A stretch of DNA of 54,872 bases from Neolecta irregularis DAH-3 (Eukaryota). Shown here in pieces: positions 10,807 through 24,252 of this stretch; within the stretch, counting starts at the first letter, position 1; every line of letters begins with the position of its first letter. The notes under the pieces are model-generated. The model was not told the DNA's origin, ran no database searches, and was given only the letters and a program-made list of their open reading frames with translations. The stretch spans positions 1 to 54,872 of the forward strand of contig LXFE01000464.1 of NCBI GenBank assembly GCA_001929475.1, given 5' to 3'. Both the position numbers and the translations under genes were made by a program.

Positions 10807-12306
10807 ATGAGATTCCTGCTCATTGCCTCTGTGCTCTGCCTTTCTTCTTTTTCCCTTGCAGAGGAGCGCAAGGGTCAAGGTTTTTCTGTCAGTCTTAAAC
10901 GAAATCCTTCTTTTGTCAAAAACGGTCGTAATGCGTACTATTCCTCGCTCAGGAAGCATGGAAAGCCGTCTCGGAGTGTCTCGAATTCACCCAACCCGGA
11001 CGCTTTGATTGAAGAAAACATTGAATCACTTCAGGCTACCGCTCTCGAGAACGACAGTCATAGCAACTGGCACACTAAGAACCAGAAAGCATATGGATCG
11101 AAGACGTCTGCAAGAACTTTCAAGACAATTGATAAAGATGTGAAAATGAGCGAATCCGATGATGCAGATGTACAAATGAACGAGTCTGACGATACGGATG
11201 ACAAAGAGGACGGAGTCGTTCCTCTCGTCGACATAGAAAGAGACCTAGAGTATCTAGGTAAACCATTCACCGTGTCTCTCTAAACGTTTCTAGGACATGT
11301 TGAAATCGGCACTCCGCCGCAAGGATTCTTGATGAATTTTGACAGTGGTTCTTCTGATACCTGGGTATTAGGACCTGGGCGTGGCAAAAAGAACAAACGG
11401 CACCGCTTCATTCCAAAGAAATCTAGTACTTTCAATGCGACAAAGAAAAAATGGGCAGTCGAGGTATTTTTCTCCCCTTCACGTTCATCTCTGATAGAAC
11501 TAGTACGGAGATGGAAGCAAAAGCTCTGGATATGTCGGGTTTGATAACCTTGTTATCGGAAATATCACAATCGGGAACCAAGCTGTGCAAATCGCAAAGT
11601 CTTCTTCGGGAATGGACGATGATGCACTCGACGGACTAGTCGGCCTAGGTTTTTCAGGTCTCAATTCCGCAGGAGAGAAAACTCCAGTCGATAATATGAT
11701 TGAACAAGGACTTTTGGAAAAAGTAATATCCTACCTCTTTATTCATCGTTTAATGGCCAATATTAGCCTCTCTGGACAGCCAAATTGAATAAGAACGTGG
11801 ACATTCATGATAATGGCGGTCAATATACATTCGGATATATCGATCACGATCAATATAAGGGAGAAATCACATACGTCAACGTCACCGGCAATGAATACTG
11901 GTCATTCCCCGTTCGAAAAAAGTTTGCGAATCAAATTATGTCGAAAGAAGACGTTGGGATGATGGATACAGGAACCACGATGATCTTGACTGATGCCAAG
12001 ACGGTCGTCAAGTACTATTCTCATATCCAAGGATCCAAATGGATTCCTAGAGACCGCGTTTTTGCGATTCCTTGTAAACCGCGCGGTCCAGATTTTTACT
12101 ATGAAATCGGTGGTCAATGGTTCGGAGTTCCTATTTCGGATATTGCGTATTCGCCTGTTGATGATACGGGAAAATATTGCGTTGGCGGTGTACAAGATCG
12201 GACAGATAGTGGGGATATGGATATCCTGGGTGATATGTTTATGAAGAATTATTTTGTTGTGTTCAATGTTGGAGAGAAGAAGTTGGGAGTGGCTAACCGA
12301 AAGTGA
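10807..12306 (+). CDS. Secreted pepsin-family (A1) aspartic protease, multi-exon
   Basis: Signal peptide MRFLLIASVLCLSSFSLA, a long prosegment, catalytic motifs FDSGSSDTWV and MDTGTT, and DGLVGLGF and ILGDMF. Confidence 0.93.
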
Positions 12307-12863
12307 ATAACAGGATTAGAATAGAATCAGACAGAACTAGATATAAATTATCAAGCATTAATATACATAGCATTCATTTTCATGATGGTTACTACAAGAG
12401 CGATGCCTAACCGTATTGTCTAGTCACCGCAATGGAAGATCGCAGAACAACAATTGAATATCATTCATTGTAGAGTTTATTTATTTCTCAAAAATCAAGA
12501 ACAACACACGACGTTATTCAGCATAGTATGTACGATCTGGCACTGTATGCATAAATTGAATACACAATATGAATTACAACAGATCAACAGCCATCTTCAA
12601 AATATGACAAATAAATCCAGATATTATAAAGACCAAAAATGCGAAAAGAGGGAACATAACCGGGCATTTGTCGGCAACACGTGAGAAGACCAAAAGATTT
12701 TGTGACGAGTTTTGATTGGCGGGTGTTGATGTTGTGAATGACTCGGAGATTTTGTTGCGGTGGGTGATGAAGAAGGAAGACAAGATAAAGGACTTTGTAG
12801 TGCCGCGCAGAGGTGGACCGAAATGTACAGATGAAAGGGGTCGGACGGTAGAACAAACCGATT

Positions 12864-14076
12864 CTAGCGGTTTTGAGATTGATTTTGATTAGGGGGTCCA
12901 AAGCCGCTGTTTGCGAATGCGGTGCTCCAAGTATCGATGACGCATTCGAGGAAACGAACTCTGTCTTCGAGTTTTTCGCAGCGTTCTTGGAGGTCTTTGA
13001 TGATGGCAGCGTCTTGGGTATTCACGCTTGGGGAAGGGAGTTGGCTTGGGCTTTCGACGAGAGGAGCTGGGAGGGTGCGGTCTTGTGGGAAAGCGCTAGA
13101 GTTTGTGCGGATTGCGGGAGGAGCGGGAGGAGATTTGTCGAGCCAGATTGGTCTGGGGAATTGTGGATATGATTGATTGGGGGCAGCGGGACGGTGTTGT
13201 GTATTGGGCAACGAGGGTTTTAGTGGTTGATCTTGTTGCTGTTCCTGATTGTCTTGATCATTGTGTTGTTCTGGTGGTTGCCTCGTATCGGAAGTGATAG
13301 CCATGTTTGGAGGCACGGGCAACGAGTTTGCACGACTTGGCTGTTTGCGTAAATGAACAGAGGTGGAGCATTCTCCGCCGGGCTTTAAATGCCTGGAAAG
13401 AGAAGTTAGGGATTTTGGACCATATTGATAGAGGACTGACGCACCTATTTAACGCATCCTGGCGGGCAAAGGAGCGCTGGCATACGCGACAAGAATATGG
13501 TTTTTCGCCCGTGTGTAGTTTGTAATGACCTGGCGATGGTTAAAAGGCGGCTAGTTTTTTCTTACGTTTCAGGTCGTGGAGCCTTCGAAAGTCTTGGTTG
13601 CAGTGCTGGCATACAAAAGGCTTTTCTTGGGAGTGTGTAAGGAGATGGGACTTTAGATTATGCTGCCTCGTAAAAGTCTGGCCGCACTGGTGGCACTTAT
13701 GGGGGGCCTTGCCGGTGTTTGTGCGTTTTGCGGCGGGCTGGTCTGGATCTGGGCGGGTGTTTATTGAGGCGGAGATGGGGCGGCTGAGAGCGGGATCGTC
13801 GTCGGGAGAGTCTTCTCTGTTTGGGGATTTTGAGCTTGCCGCCGAGAGGGGCGGGGGCGTATTGGAGGAGGGGTCGGAGTGGAGCGCGAGGGGCGGGGGT
13901 GGGTTTTGGGGCGAGGAGAGGGAGGGATGGAGGGCGATGGAGGGGAGGCGAGTGGACTGGGGCGGCGTGGAGGAGCGCGGGAGCGTATGGGCGGGCATTG
14001 CAGGGGCAGGCAGGAGCGGGAGGGGCGGCGGGAGATTAGCGAGATTAGCGAGGGCAGGCGGGAGGGAAGCGAGCAT
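12864..14076 (-). CDS. C2H2 zinc-finger transcription factor (3 fingers, C-terminal coiled coil), 3 exons
   Basis: [31 protein letters not shown]...LKRHYKLH-TGEKPY-CRVCQRSFARQDALNRH after splicing two GT-AG introns. The frame continues into ORF 12864-13322. Confidence 0.9.
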
Positions 14077-14268
14077 GGAACGGCGGCAGTTTATCTAGCG
14101 AGAGGCGGCCATCACAACCAACATGAGCGGAGACGGCAGCGGCACCGGCAGTGGCTGTGGCTGTGGATGTGGCGTTTCCGAGTGGCTGCAACAACGAACA
14201 ATGCGCCTCCTGCGCCACCACCGCCACCCGCCACGTCTCGCTTAGCACCGCCGATGTAGCCACCCGCA

Positions 14269-14758
14269 ATGCCTCACTCGCCTCCCGCCGCATTCGCCCA
14301 GGCACTCCCGCACATAAACATTCTTCCAAATACACAGTACACAGAACGCGACATCCGCGACATTGTGGACCACTACAACCACCTGCGTGCGGAGGTAGCT
14401 TGCTCCCAGTTCCTTCAGGGTTGACTCGTTCAAGGAAAAGAACCAGACCATCAACACGCTCAGAGACCTGCACCGCCGCGAGCTGCAGCAGACCTGCCAG
14501 GAACTACACTCTGCTTATGCAGAAAAGCACGCCCGGAAAGTAGCAGCCTTGAAGCTGTCGTATCAACAAAAATATACAGCAGAAATAGAGAGCCTGAGGA
14601 AGCAGCTCGACTCCCTGCAGACCGAAAATGCATCTCTTCATACACAGCTAGAAAGGGAACAGTGCGACAAGCAAGATCTCGTCAGCATCAGCACAGACTT
14701 GATCACCGCCATGGACGAATGTATCAAAAGCCAGAATCCACCCCGCCTTCTGAGGTGA
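14269..14758 (+). CDS. Small fungal TACC (Slk19/Alp7-type) coiled-coil protein
   Basis: ELHSAYAEKHARKVAALKLSYQQKY...LEREQCDKQDLV matches the fungal TACC signature. One 40-nt GT-AG intron near 14395-14434. Start codon uncertain. Confidence 0.7.
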
Positions 14759-14874
14759 CAGTAATTTCACGCGCTCGTGCTCTTTGCAAACGTACGCGTA
14801 TGTCTTTAGATAACCATATCATACACCCAGATTAATCTATACGTATGTATAATGCAAATATACTTGTCTCACAT

Positions 14875-15594
14875 TCACACCATACCCAATCCTGACATCA
14901 CTATAGTCAAACCCTCCAAAGCAATCTCCAGACCTCCAATCCGGTTTCTAAACACACATCGCTCCTCCCCCATCATATTTGCGACAGCAGTAGGGTTGCA
15001 GTTTCTCCAGGCTGGATGCGCACTAAGCAAACGATATGCATCAGAACATGAAATGATCTTGTGATTCGTCCGGATAGGGCGAGCTGTCACAACAGCGCTT
15101 AGCGCTCGACAAAATTCAAGGGATTGCACGTCTTCCGTAGAGATAGACGCGACCTCATCCTGCTGCGGCCAAGTATGTGCAGTCGGTGAAGCTTGCGGGT
15201 AGTATGGAGGATAATAGAAAGACTGCTCCCCATTTGCGCTTGTAAAAGGGGGAGTCTGTGGAGACTGATGGACTGGGTTGGTCGGACGATAAGCTGTGGT
15301 ACCCGTTACTGCACTGGAGAAAGTCGGACTCTTATTGTCTTGCCTCACATCTCTCAATACCGAGTTTTCTCTCTCTAAGATCATCACCCGATCTCTAAGC
15401 ATATCATTTTCCTCCTTCAATCTTCGTGCAACTTTCTGGAGATCAACAGCCGTTTGGATTTCTCCAGCTTCATATGATCGGACTCTTTGTTCGAGTGATT
15501 TCACGTAACTAGCCTTTCGCTCGCGGAATTCCTTTTGTGCTTTTCGGTTTTGCAATGTACGTTTCGAGACGCCGACGGCAGAGGTAGAGGGCAT
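14875..15594 (-). CDS. bZIP transcription factor (Yap/AP-1-like basic region)
   Basis: KRTLQNRKAQKEFRERKASYVKSLEQRV followed by a zipper region. First in-frame ATG at 15594. Confidence 0.88.
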   Translation of the reverse strand: MPSTSAVGVSKRTLQNRKAQKEFRERKASYVKSLEQRVRSYEAGEIQTAVDLQKVARRLKEENDMLRDRVMILERENSVLRDVRQDNKSPTFSSAVTGTTAYRPTNPVHQSPQTPPFTSANGEQSFYYPPYYPQASPTAHTWPQQDEVASISTEDVQSLEFCRALSAVVTARPIRTNHKIISCSDAYRLLSAHPAWRNCNPTAVANMMGEERCVFRNRIGGLEIALEGLTIVMSGLGMV

Positions 15595-17086
15595 CTGTTG
15601 CTGTGGTAGCTGTGATCGTTGTTGTTGCTGCTGTCGGTTTCGTCCACTGAAAAGATCTTGTTCTAGATAGACTAAGCCTACTTGAGAACTGGAAAGCAAC
15701 AATCAATTACTTGAAGAGTGTGGCTGATCTATGCCCTGTGGGATCATATGATATGGTAAGGGCGGTAAAACGGCCAACGAGGGTACATGACACTCTTATA
15801 TCGGAGCTGCGGTAGTCGATAGGGGAAAGATTTTGCGGTATCAACCATGACGATTTTAGCCATCGGAAGTCGCGGATGACGTTTGAGCCACCAAGACACA
15901 GCCTCGTCCTTTACTCGCCGTTCATTCCCATCCACCACCAAGAACTTACTTCTCCCACCAGCTATCCCGTTTCGCTAGCCGGTATCTGGTGCCCATACCA
16001 CCTTATCTCCCTGTGCCATATCAGCCGGGCCACCAACACTCTCGCCCTCATTTGCTAAAGTCCAGCCTGAGCACCGGCGAGCTATGCCTCATAAGGAAGC
16101 TATACCGAGATGCATGTTCACTAGGCCCCGAAAGCGTCAATTTTGTCCCCTCGTCAGCAATTCATGCTTTTTCCCGCCCTCCCCTCGGTTAAATCCATAC
16201 CCAAGACTAGACAAACTCCTCATCCGCGTACCTACGTAAAACCGCAATCCTTTGAAATATCCGTCCAATTTGTGCCCCCTACCCTCAATCTCGGATAAAC
16301 AGGCATAGCTGTTTGTCCCCGCGCTGCGCAGCGCCGGGACCCCGTCTTTGGCAAGCTTTATTGAATTCGCAATTGACACACTACATTGCCTCTGAAAATA
16401 TACTATTCATATCATCTCGAGTTCCACGAAACTAGGCTTTACGCAATCACCCAACACCTCCTTCCTCAACATCCAAAAAGAAACAAAACTCGAACAGATT
16501 CCATGGACCGCTAATAAACCGGTCCAGTTTCCTTCCTTGTTGTTCCTCAACGATCAAACATCAGACACTCATATTTAACTGTCTTGCTTCCACTTCCACA
16601 TATAATTCTTCCAAAAAAGAACTGGCGAAACAGTTTTCACACCGTGCGAGCATTAGACCGTCCTATTTTTGGATTTTCCAGACGATCTGGGGTCACGATC
16701 GTCTAAATATTTGCAATGAGATATCAACCAAAATATATAGTACGGGAAATTGAACTACCTATAATGCCGCTAGAAAGAAAAATTCACCCCAAATTCGCTA
16801 CTCCTTATCTCTAATACCCTCGGGGTTTTTATAGATACGACAAATAATCCGGGGGAGGCGCCAAGATATACAGGCAGGAGGTTCTTATGCCCTATGAAAT
16901 GACATGATTCTATCTCTCTATTACCATGGGTCCATATGGGATTAATGGGATTTTCAGAAATACAGACATGCTCAGGATTAGGGGTTTGATAAACGGGATC
17001 GAATCGAATGGGGTTCAGGGAACAGGTGTTTGCCTCAGAAACAAAGATACTTTAAAAGAATACGCTATATTGATAACCACAATTCT

Positions 17087-19648
17087 TCAAATATTAGGCA
17101 TTTCACGTTGTTTGTTTCCGTCGCCGTAATTATAATCTCGGCCTCCAGGACGTGTAGGATCTGGGATTGCCATATTCAACTGGTAGAATTGTTCGTTCAG
17201 GTCCATTTGTCCAGCAAATCCCGGAGGTGGTCCCAATGAGGAACAGTACGGACCACCGGGATATTCTGAGGACGGAGGGGGACCAGGTGGGGGTCTAAAC
17301 AACGGGGCGTCCTCAAATGTTGCGCGACGGGGCGGAGGACCAGAAGGCGGGGCGTAAGCAGGGACTAGGTATTCGTCTGATTGAGAATATCGTGGAGCAT
17401 GATCAGCTGATGCATTGTACGAGGTCCGAGGATATGGTGCATCGCTGGGATCGTTACTCGATGATTGTTGACCAAAAGCCGCCGTCCCAGAATAGACGTT
17501 CCCGCTAGAAGCTGGTCCTCCATTGTGATAATAATTAGTTGACTTGCCAGCATTGGAATCTGTATATTCATTTTGCGATGTTCCATATTTAGAATCGTTA
17601 GTCAATGGCATGGACGGCCTTCCATATGTCGGAGGAGCAGCCGGGCCCCCGCATGAATGACCAGCGCTCTTGCCAGCAGTCTTGCTGCTTCTGCTTGGAT
17701 CATGGTTTAGACCAGTACGAACACCTTCGCTGGTTAACCCTTCCAACACCCTTCGACGCCCAGCATTGTCCATGTTGCCAATCCATTCACGTATAGTTTC
17801 AAACATTTGGCTCTGAAGCTCATTTCTAGCGTCTCTCATAGCAGGGTGATGAAAAGCTCGAAGGGCATCGTTGGTGATGTCTCGTGGATTGATAGAGTTG
17901 TCGCTCCAGGCTTTTGTGACACGTTCAACTGTATACTTGACAATTGCTATTGCCACTCGTCCAGCCGGCTCATTAAGATAGGTAGAGAAATGGTCCTAAA
18001 CATTTGGACAAAATAATGATAGTGGAAACATACTTTGGACAACATTGAGTGAGTAGGATCAGAGCTTCTACTGTTATTCCAAACTGCATATTGCTAGAAT
18101 GTTTAGATGTCATCCAGAGTGAGAATTCCACACACATCTTCGTTGGAAATAACCAATGAACTCCCTTCCCCAAGCTTGGCTGTAATGTGAGTGATAAGAG
18201 GATGGATAAAAGGATCTAGCTGGGAAAGGACATAAATTGCCAACGAGTCTGATATCTTTTCGACCAAGGAACTAAGACCTGGAATCTATAGCAAACAGTT
18301 AGCCGGGTGGATAAAAAAGTACGTGCCCTGTCGATGGTATTCTCAATAACTTTCATAACTTTATCTCTGAATGCCAGGATAGGGAATATTTTGGCGGCAA
18401 GTTCCTCAGGGTCCATATCAGCGAAATCTCCGCTTGCACTAGCTCGTTCACTCTCTTGTTGAATCTGGTTCAATTGTCGATTCAGGTCAGAGCCTTGTCC
18501 AGGAATCTGGTTTATCAAGGTCCTCAAGATCGCGTCGTTGCCCCCTGTTTTGGCCTCTTTCATTTTTGAACCAAGATCATTCATGCCTGTTTGTGATATA
18601 TTATCGACCGACATCTGCAGGATGTGATCAGAGGCCTCCCCTAGGAGAGAATGAACAAAATCTAGGCCACCAAAGGTCCCCGTCACAAGCGGAAAAACTG
18701 ATTTCCCGTTAAGGTAGATTTGAGTCTGAGCGCCAACATGAGGGAAGACACCACGGTAACCAAGTTCAATAAGGGTCAATTCGCAATAGTTGCTGTGTGC
18801 AGAGAAATCTGGTCGAGTTAAAATAAGGTTTGATGAATAGGGCCTGCACCTTCGAGTGTATGTAAGCTTTGCCCGAGAAGTCGAAATGCTTCGTAAAGAT
18901 CTTCATTTCGCTTTCCGCTTTCGTACTTTCGACCAAATTCGATACATCGCTCTAGACTCCATCTAACATATCCAGCAGACGTAGACCATCCCCCTTGTTC
19001 GTTGGCAATATAGTTCTTCATACCACTACGAGGATCTATCTCAAGTTCTCGAGGGTCGACGGGGCCACGAAGCCTAGGATCGTGTTTCCGAGCATCCTCG
19101 CCTTCTCCATAGCCCTTGGGGTTATCAATGTGTTCTTCAGGTCGATAAGCCCCAAGTCTGTCATTCGTAACTTCGAACTCTGCGGTGGCATCTAAGGAGT
19201 GAGAAAGGTTTTATTTGGAGTAAGTACATCCGAAAGAGGCGAAGCCCAGAGCCCATACCAGCATTCGAAGAGTACCCAGTTTAATACCTCTTCCCAGAGT
19301 TCCAATATCAATTGCTTGAGAATAGTCACGAAGCCTACGGATTATTATCTGAGATTGATTTACTCACCAATTCCCAAAATAGACCTGTTTGATCATAAGT
19401 CTACTGAACTTTGTACTACGAGACAAGAATCCAGAGGCATGTCGCATAGTAAGTTCTGCAAGAGCATTACCAAGATCGCCTGGAAAAACTCAGTCACAAT
19501 CAGACATCAGACAATCCAAACCATGACGATATGCCTTATTTTCAAGATAGCCGTAAGAAGGGATATTTCCAGCACCAAAGGCAACAACCGATGATACGGA
19601 GAGTAATGCAATAAGAAAAATCAGGGGAAGGTGGTTGTAGATCGACAT
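17087..19648 (-). CDS. het-c: Heterokaryon incompatibility protein HET-C family, copy 1 (Pro/Gly/Ser-rich tail)
   Basis: Signal peptide then FGAGNIPS...RHGD, NWLRDYSQ, EEHIDNPKGY, GMKNYIANE, LHTLEDFSAHSNYCE, PLVTGTFGGLDF, PTHSMLSKDHF, AFHHPA after splicing. Confidence 0.93.
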
Positions 19649-20414
19649 GATTGTCGTCGTCAACCCAGAGGCTAAGAAAAGCGATTGCTACCCTATTTAT
19701 TACGGAGGGGCGATCGCGTGAAAGGGTCACTGCGTTATATGAAGACGTAGAAATGACGTATAAAGAATGCCGTGCATATTTTTGGCTTGAGCAATGGTTG
19801 AGTTAGCGAAGGATTATAAACCCGGCTGAAGGATGGGTTTCATGTTCTATCAAAGGTCGATTAGAACCCCAGCAATGCATTGCAACGCGAGGCGTCCGTT
19901 CTGGCTCAGAAATAGGGTTCGATATGCCTCTAGTTCTATGATACGATAATACGAAGCCACGATTAAAAATATTTATAACGCTTTAAGGAACGTGTGCTCT
20001 ACGCAGCAGCCACAACGCCATGTTTGTTGTGTAGTAGACAATTCAGCAATCTGTTAATTCATGTACATGAGGCTTGAGAGAAACCCACTTTTGAACGAAT
20101 GCACAACAAGTGTCAAAGACCTATGGTGAGCAAAAAGGCTCGCTGATTAAGATCTCAGAAAGACTCATTTCTTCTGCATTTCCAGAAATAGATCTCAGTG
20201 ATTACCGTAGTTGTAGGGTTTCATCATAAATGCGAATGTATGAATTTAATCCTGACAACAATCAATACTCCATCACACCATGGAAGTAAGTATACGCAAA
20301 CCCGTGGATCCGCCCAAAATCGAGTGAAAGAACACGTTGATTGGCACAGCCGACCTCCCCTCCTATAAAATTAAGCGTGTTGTAGCCTATCCCTCATCCT
20401 CAGCCCCACATAAG

Positions 20415-20651
20415 ATGAAACTGCAACAACTAAATCTTCGACAACTAAATTTCCCTTCCAAAGCATCGTACGAACGAACCTGCAGGACGATCGTTGAAGC
20501 TGAGGAAGCAGTATATGAGATGGGAAAGGAGCTCGATCTCTTTGAGAAACAGTTAGACGATATGATGCTCTTCATAGAGGAGAGACGTTCAGAATCTTCG
20601 ACAGCGGCAGTAGAGGAGCCCAGAAGGGCGCTTCACTTTCTTGGATATTAA
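20415..20651 (+). CDS. Small hypothetical coiled-coil protein, 78 aa
   Basis: TATAAAA about 50 nt upstream (20364). Heptad-like segment AEEAVYEMGKELDLFEKQLDDMMLFIEE. Confidence 0.5.
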   Translation: MKLQQLNLRQLNFPSKASYERTCRTIVEAEEAVYEMGKELDLFEKQLDDMMLFIEERRSESSTAAVEEPRRALHFLGY

Positions 20652-20962
20652 AGAAACCGAAAAATGTAACGGGATGATATCCTTGCCATCGTATGCTGAC
20701 TATCAGAATAATGTTGTTATGTATTATGACGAATGTATTATCATCAACCAGGGATTATACTCGCCAGAGACCGCGTAGAGAAAAGTGCTTATGTGTCGAC
20801 GTTCTTTTTGGAGTTCACAGTTTCGTTCTTCATATTTATGTTAGTATCTTATCTGTATTGTTGAATAGAATTGATTGATGGTGTTTGGCTTTCTAATTCT
20901 GCGCTCGGGGTAGAGGCCTTTTTATGCTGACAAGTGATGTTCGACATTCTAGTCGAAATTTG

Positions 20963-22330
20963 TCATGCAAACCTGGTCTCTTGGTTTGTCGACATTTCAT
21001 AAATATCTTTCAACACGTTTTTAGAAGGCTGCATGACTTGTTCTATCATTAGCCCCAGAGGAGGCGGGGTTCTCCAGCGCAGTATGTTCCCATCACTTGC
21101 ACCCGTATATATTTCCTGCAAAGAATTGGCATGATTCTTGTATAGATCATAATACCTCTTCTCCTACTCGACCGGTAACGGAAGTTAGCCTGCCATTCAC
21201 TCCAAAAGCTTTCTTCACGAGCGCACCCTCAAACAGTTGGAATTCGAGAAGATATCCATCGTCTGACGGCACAAAAATCAGAGGTGTTTCAACGCTTCTG
21301 ATATCAGTGATACAGGGATTCATATTCCTCATAAATCTGTTTCGAATGATTGGTGGATAACCGACCTGCCCGGTCAATCATTTCACACGAGTGATATACG
21401 ATATACCAAAGTATTCCTCCCATTTACTAGATCCCAAACCCTGATTCTTTCATCGTGTCCCAAAGAAATTAAATGAATGCCATCACTGGTGAATTGTAGT
21501 CCGTTACAAGCTCCCGTATGTCCTGTATTCATGGCTCCTAATAGTTCTCCCGAATTATGTTGATCCAGGCTTGCCAGACATCCTGCTGCTCGTCGAATAT
21601 CCCATAACCGAATAGTGCCATCCATCCCACCGCTTGAAAGTATATATTCGTTGCGAGGTGACCATTGAAGAGCGAAAACTTGGCCTCTGTGGGCAACGAG
21701 ATGATGTGTGGAACCACCGGTACGGAGGTCACAGAGGCGAATCTGTGGGTACTCCGCTCCACAGGCAACTACCCCTGATGCAGAGACACTGTGCGCATAG
21801 ACCTTGGAGTCGATTTGAAAAGCGCAAGCTTCCTATGAAAAGTGTGAGTATAGAGACGAGACTTGGAAATACCTCAAGGGAATTGGTGTCCCATACCTTT
21901 ACAGTATGATCGAGCGAGGATGTGATAAAAAGCCCCGAATCGTTTGGATACCAGCTTACTCCCGATATCGAATATTTATGTGTTCGAGATCTGAATCGAG
22001 TTAGATTGATTTTCATCAAAGCAAAAGAACTTAGGTATTGACGCTACAACCATTCGGGTTTCCCATAGATCCCATATATTGATGATTGAATCTACTCCTG
22101 CTGAGAGTAGACTTTCGAACGTTATCAGCGGGTTTTTCGAGAAAAGAGATGGTGTACAATCGGCCCCCAAACTTTTCCAAATCGAGGTCGTTGACATCTC
22201 TGTCATGTTTCTTCTCAAAACCATATTTCTGTTCCAGCTCAATAGAATAGAACCGTCGATTGGTCTGAGCTGCTCTCAAGTAACGTGCCAGATCATCTCC
22301 AATTTGGCGGTTGGTTAAGTAGCTGTTCAT
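20963..22330 (-). CDS. ERCC8: WD40 DNA excision repair protein CSA/ERCC8 (Ckn1/Rad28-like), multi-exon
   Basis: HKYSISGVSWYPNDSGLFITSSLDHTVKVWDTN, IRLCDLRTGGSTHHL, WSPRNEYIL, GTIRLWDIRRAAGCL and HTGACNGLQFT are characteristic of CSA. Confidence 0.92.
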
Positions 22331-22352
22331 AGACGTGACAATCAACCACAAC

Positions 22353-22972
22353 ATGTCTCGATATGCGACGATATATGAATGTATCGACGATAAATGTACT
22401 GCTGCTGGTTTCACAACGGGCTATAGCTCAACAGGAAATCGGCTTCGTCAACAGCAATTGAAACCTCTTGCACCAGATGAATATTTAAGGAAAGAGAAGA
22501 AAGCCTTGGAGGATTTAGATTTTTTGGACAATGATAGAAACATCCCTGAATCGGTAAATCGTGACAGAGAATCTTCTGACTAGTGATAGGACCTACTTAT
22601 TGCTATACATCATTATACTGCTGAATACTATGATCGAAATGGTCTTTGGCGAGTGGGAAACACTTCTATGAACGGGGAAGCTTTGTTTGCTTTTGGTATT
22701 GAAGTCAGTACACTACCTGCTAACTCAAAGGTTGGTTGATGCAAGAATACGTTCAGATCTTGATAGGTGAAGACGCTTGCGTATTTAAAAACATGGAAGA
22801 AGGAAGGATGTATGAAACGGAGGATAGTGGATTGTCTTCAGCGCCAGAAGAAACTTGTAATGAAGGTGATATCCAGGATGACCTCGTATCGGAGTCAAGT
22901 ATCGATGTGGAAACCGAGGTGATACGTAGAAAGCGGAAATGGGAAGCTATCAATAACGAAGCGGGGAATTGA
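22353..22972 (+). CDS. RRN10: RNA polymerase I upstream activation factor subunit Rrn10-like, 3 exons
   Basis: The spliced product reads IPESDLLIAIHHYTAEYY...SMNGEALFAFGWLMQEYV, matching the recalled Rrn10 pattern. Both introns are GT-AG with clear branch sites. Confidence 0.7.
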
Positions 22973-24252
22973 ATCAGTGCCAACGGATCAAGGGCGTTTG
23001 GGAACGTTTGTTGTATTAGAACTCATCAATGAGTGGGTTTACTCCAGTAAGACTATTCAGTTCGAGATAGTTTGTAGTATATTCATGAGTAACATTGTGG
23101 AAATACCTTCCATCTCTTAAGTCTGTTGGCGAGATTACAGCGTCAATTCCTGTTCTAGTCTAAATGTGGTAGCACTTCTCAAATCAAGGTTGCTTTAGAG
23201 TATGAACTTGATGTAAGTACAATCTCCCTGCCGCTTTAAGAGGTCCCAAATGGATGTTCTTGTTTTAGAAGCCTGATTTGCTCCACTTGGCAATCTTCGT
23301 CGATCCCATTCACTATTCTTATTAATGAACGGAAAGTTTCTTACCAGTCTTAAACTGGTTATTTTCTGTGTAACACCTCGCGAGCTCTGAATTTCTATTT
23401 TGGTTCTATCACCCTTTCAATCCTGGGGTTGCTGAGACGCGTATAGAGGCTTGAGGACAACTGTACCTATATACTCTGTAGATATTTCGATTGCCATTGC
23501 TATTAGAATTCGCCCCTCTGAGGACCGAAAACAACTGAGGACAACGATCTGCAATCTGTCGAGCATCGCATGATATTTTTAAACATGATCTTTTTGAAGA
23601 ATTCTCGAACAAATCGAAATGCTCCGACACTGAGCAGCTGAGATTTTTGGAATCCTTTTCGAGACTTAACGTACGTATGTATTTGATCGCGCCATCCGCG
23701 GTATTTGATCGCCTGGCCAAATAAACGTCTATGCATCAAAATATATATTTGCAGCACAATGGGTTGACTCGCTTGATCTGAAATTTGTCTTATTAGCTGA
23801 TCCGAAGAGATTTATCATCACACCCTTTGTTTCTTGAAATTACAGGCTTCCGGGATGTGCATAGGCGGGTTCTAGCAGGAATGCTCACATGATTTTAGTG
23901 CACTGTTCTTTCATATTTTAAATGTACTGTACAAGCTGCACTCTGACAAAACTACTGTGTTCATCTAGTTTACAACCACTTGTCGCGCTGAGAATTGCAG
24001 CCTCCAATATTGCATCTGACTACCCACATTCCAGTGGACGGCGAATTCCAAATTTGAAGATCAGGATTTTTCATTCCCCAGATCCAGATAGGTACCTATT
24101 TCGGCCGGATGGAGGCGATGAGGCACAAAAGTTCAAGAACCGGATATAAAATGTTCGCCAGCCGCACTTCTACTTCTGTTTCCGTTTCCTTTACTATCCC
24201 TGCTCGTAATCTTTCCCTCGTTCTATCGCGTTCGTTTTATTCCACTGTCATC

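Noticed and set aside
23409..23757. Short minus-strand ORFs in the long intergenic region
   Set aside because: No ATG start, recognisable motif or coherent splice model.
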